Positions 63,831 to 64,000 of a stretch of 64,000 bases of DNA are shown in pieces (the first letter of the stretch is position 1; each line of letters opens with the position of its first letter). The DNA lies in the NCBI RefSeq assembly GCF_006345805.1, contig NC_043003.1, positions 17,546,001 through 17,610,000 of the forward strand, read 5' to 3'. Made by a program: the position numbers and the translations under genes. Under the pieces are notes generated by a model that ran no database searches, had not been told where the DNA came from, and worked only from the letters and a program-made list of their open reading frames with translations. The stretch is from Octopus sinensis (Eukaryota).

Positions 63831-64000
63831 AGCAGCATTGTCCATAGTATAATTTAAATGCGACTAATTTTTGATTAATTGGAATATAATTAATTGATAA
63901 ACCTTCCCACTTACTATTGCGCTGTATTTGAAACAAATTAACATTCGATTTTAATGAAAGGTTTTAATTTAGATCACTTAAAAAAAAGAAGTATGTGTCA

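Overview
This is an AT-rich, repeat-saturated animal genomic window. It is probably cephalopod/Octopus-like, an inference from the microsatellite load and SINE/LINE make-up that was not checked against a database. The only host gene I can support is the 5' end of a minus-strand atypical soluble guanylate cyclase: an H-NOX exon at 6258-5626 and a PAS/HNOBA-type exon at 3370-3212. The gene runs off the left edge and carries the distal-pocket Tyr associated with O2 binding. The rest is mostly transposon debris: at least four tRNA-head SINE families, RTE and CR1-type LINE fragments, mariner, pogo-type, hAT and piggyBac-type MITEs, and long microsatellites. The most striking structure is a dense set of fold-back palindromes, concentrated at 14.8-22.8 kb. 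It includes a ~2.95 kb head-to-head palindrome of a 5'-truncated Penelope-like retroelement (RT C-terminus plus GIY-YIG). Eleven minimal type I hammerhead-ribozyme-like motifs of several sequence families were read by eye. In every palindrome that carries one, the ribozyme-sense strand points outward from the fold. One hammerhead sits inside a tRNA-headed SINE. All coordinates were counted by hand; SINE and microsatellite boundaries are approximate.
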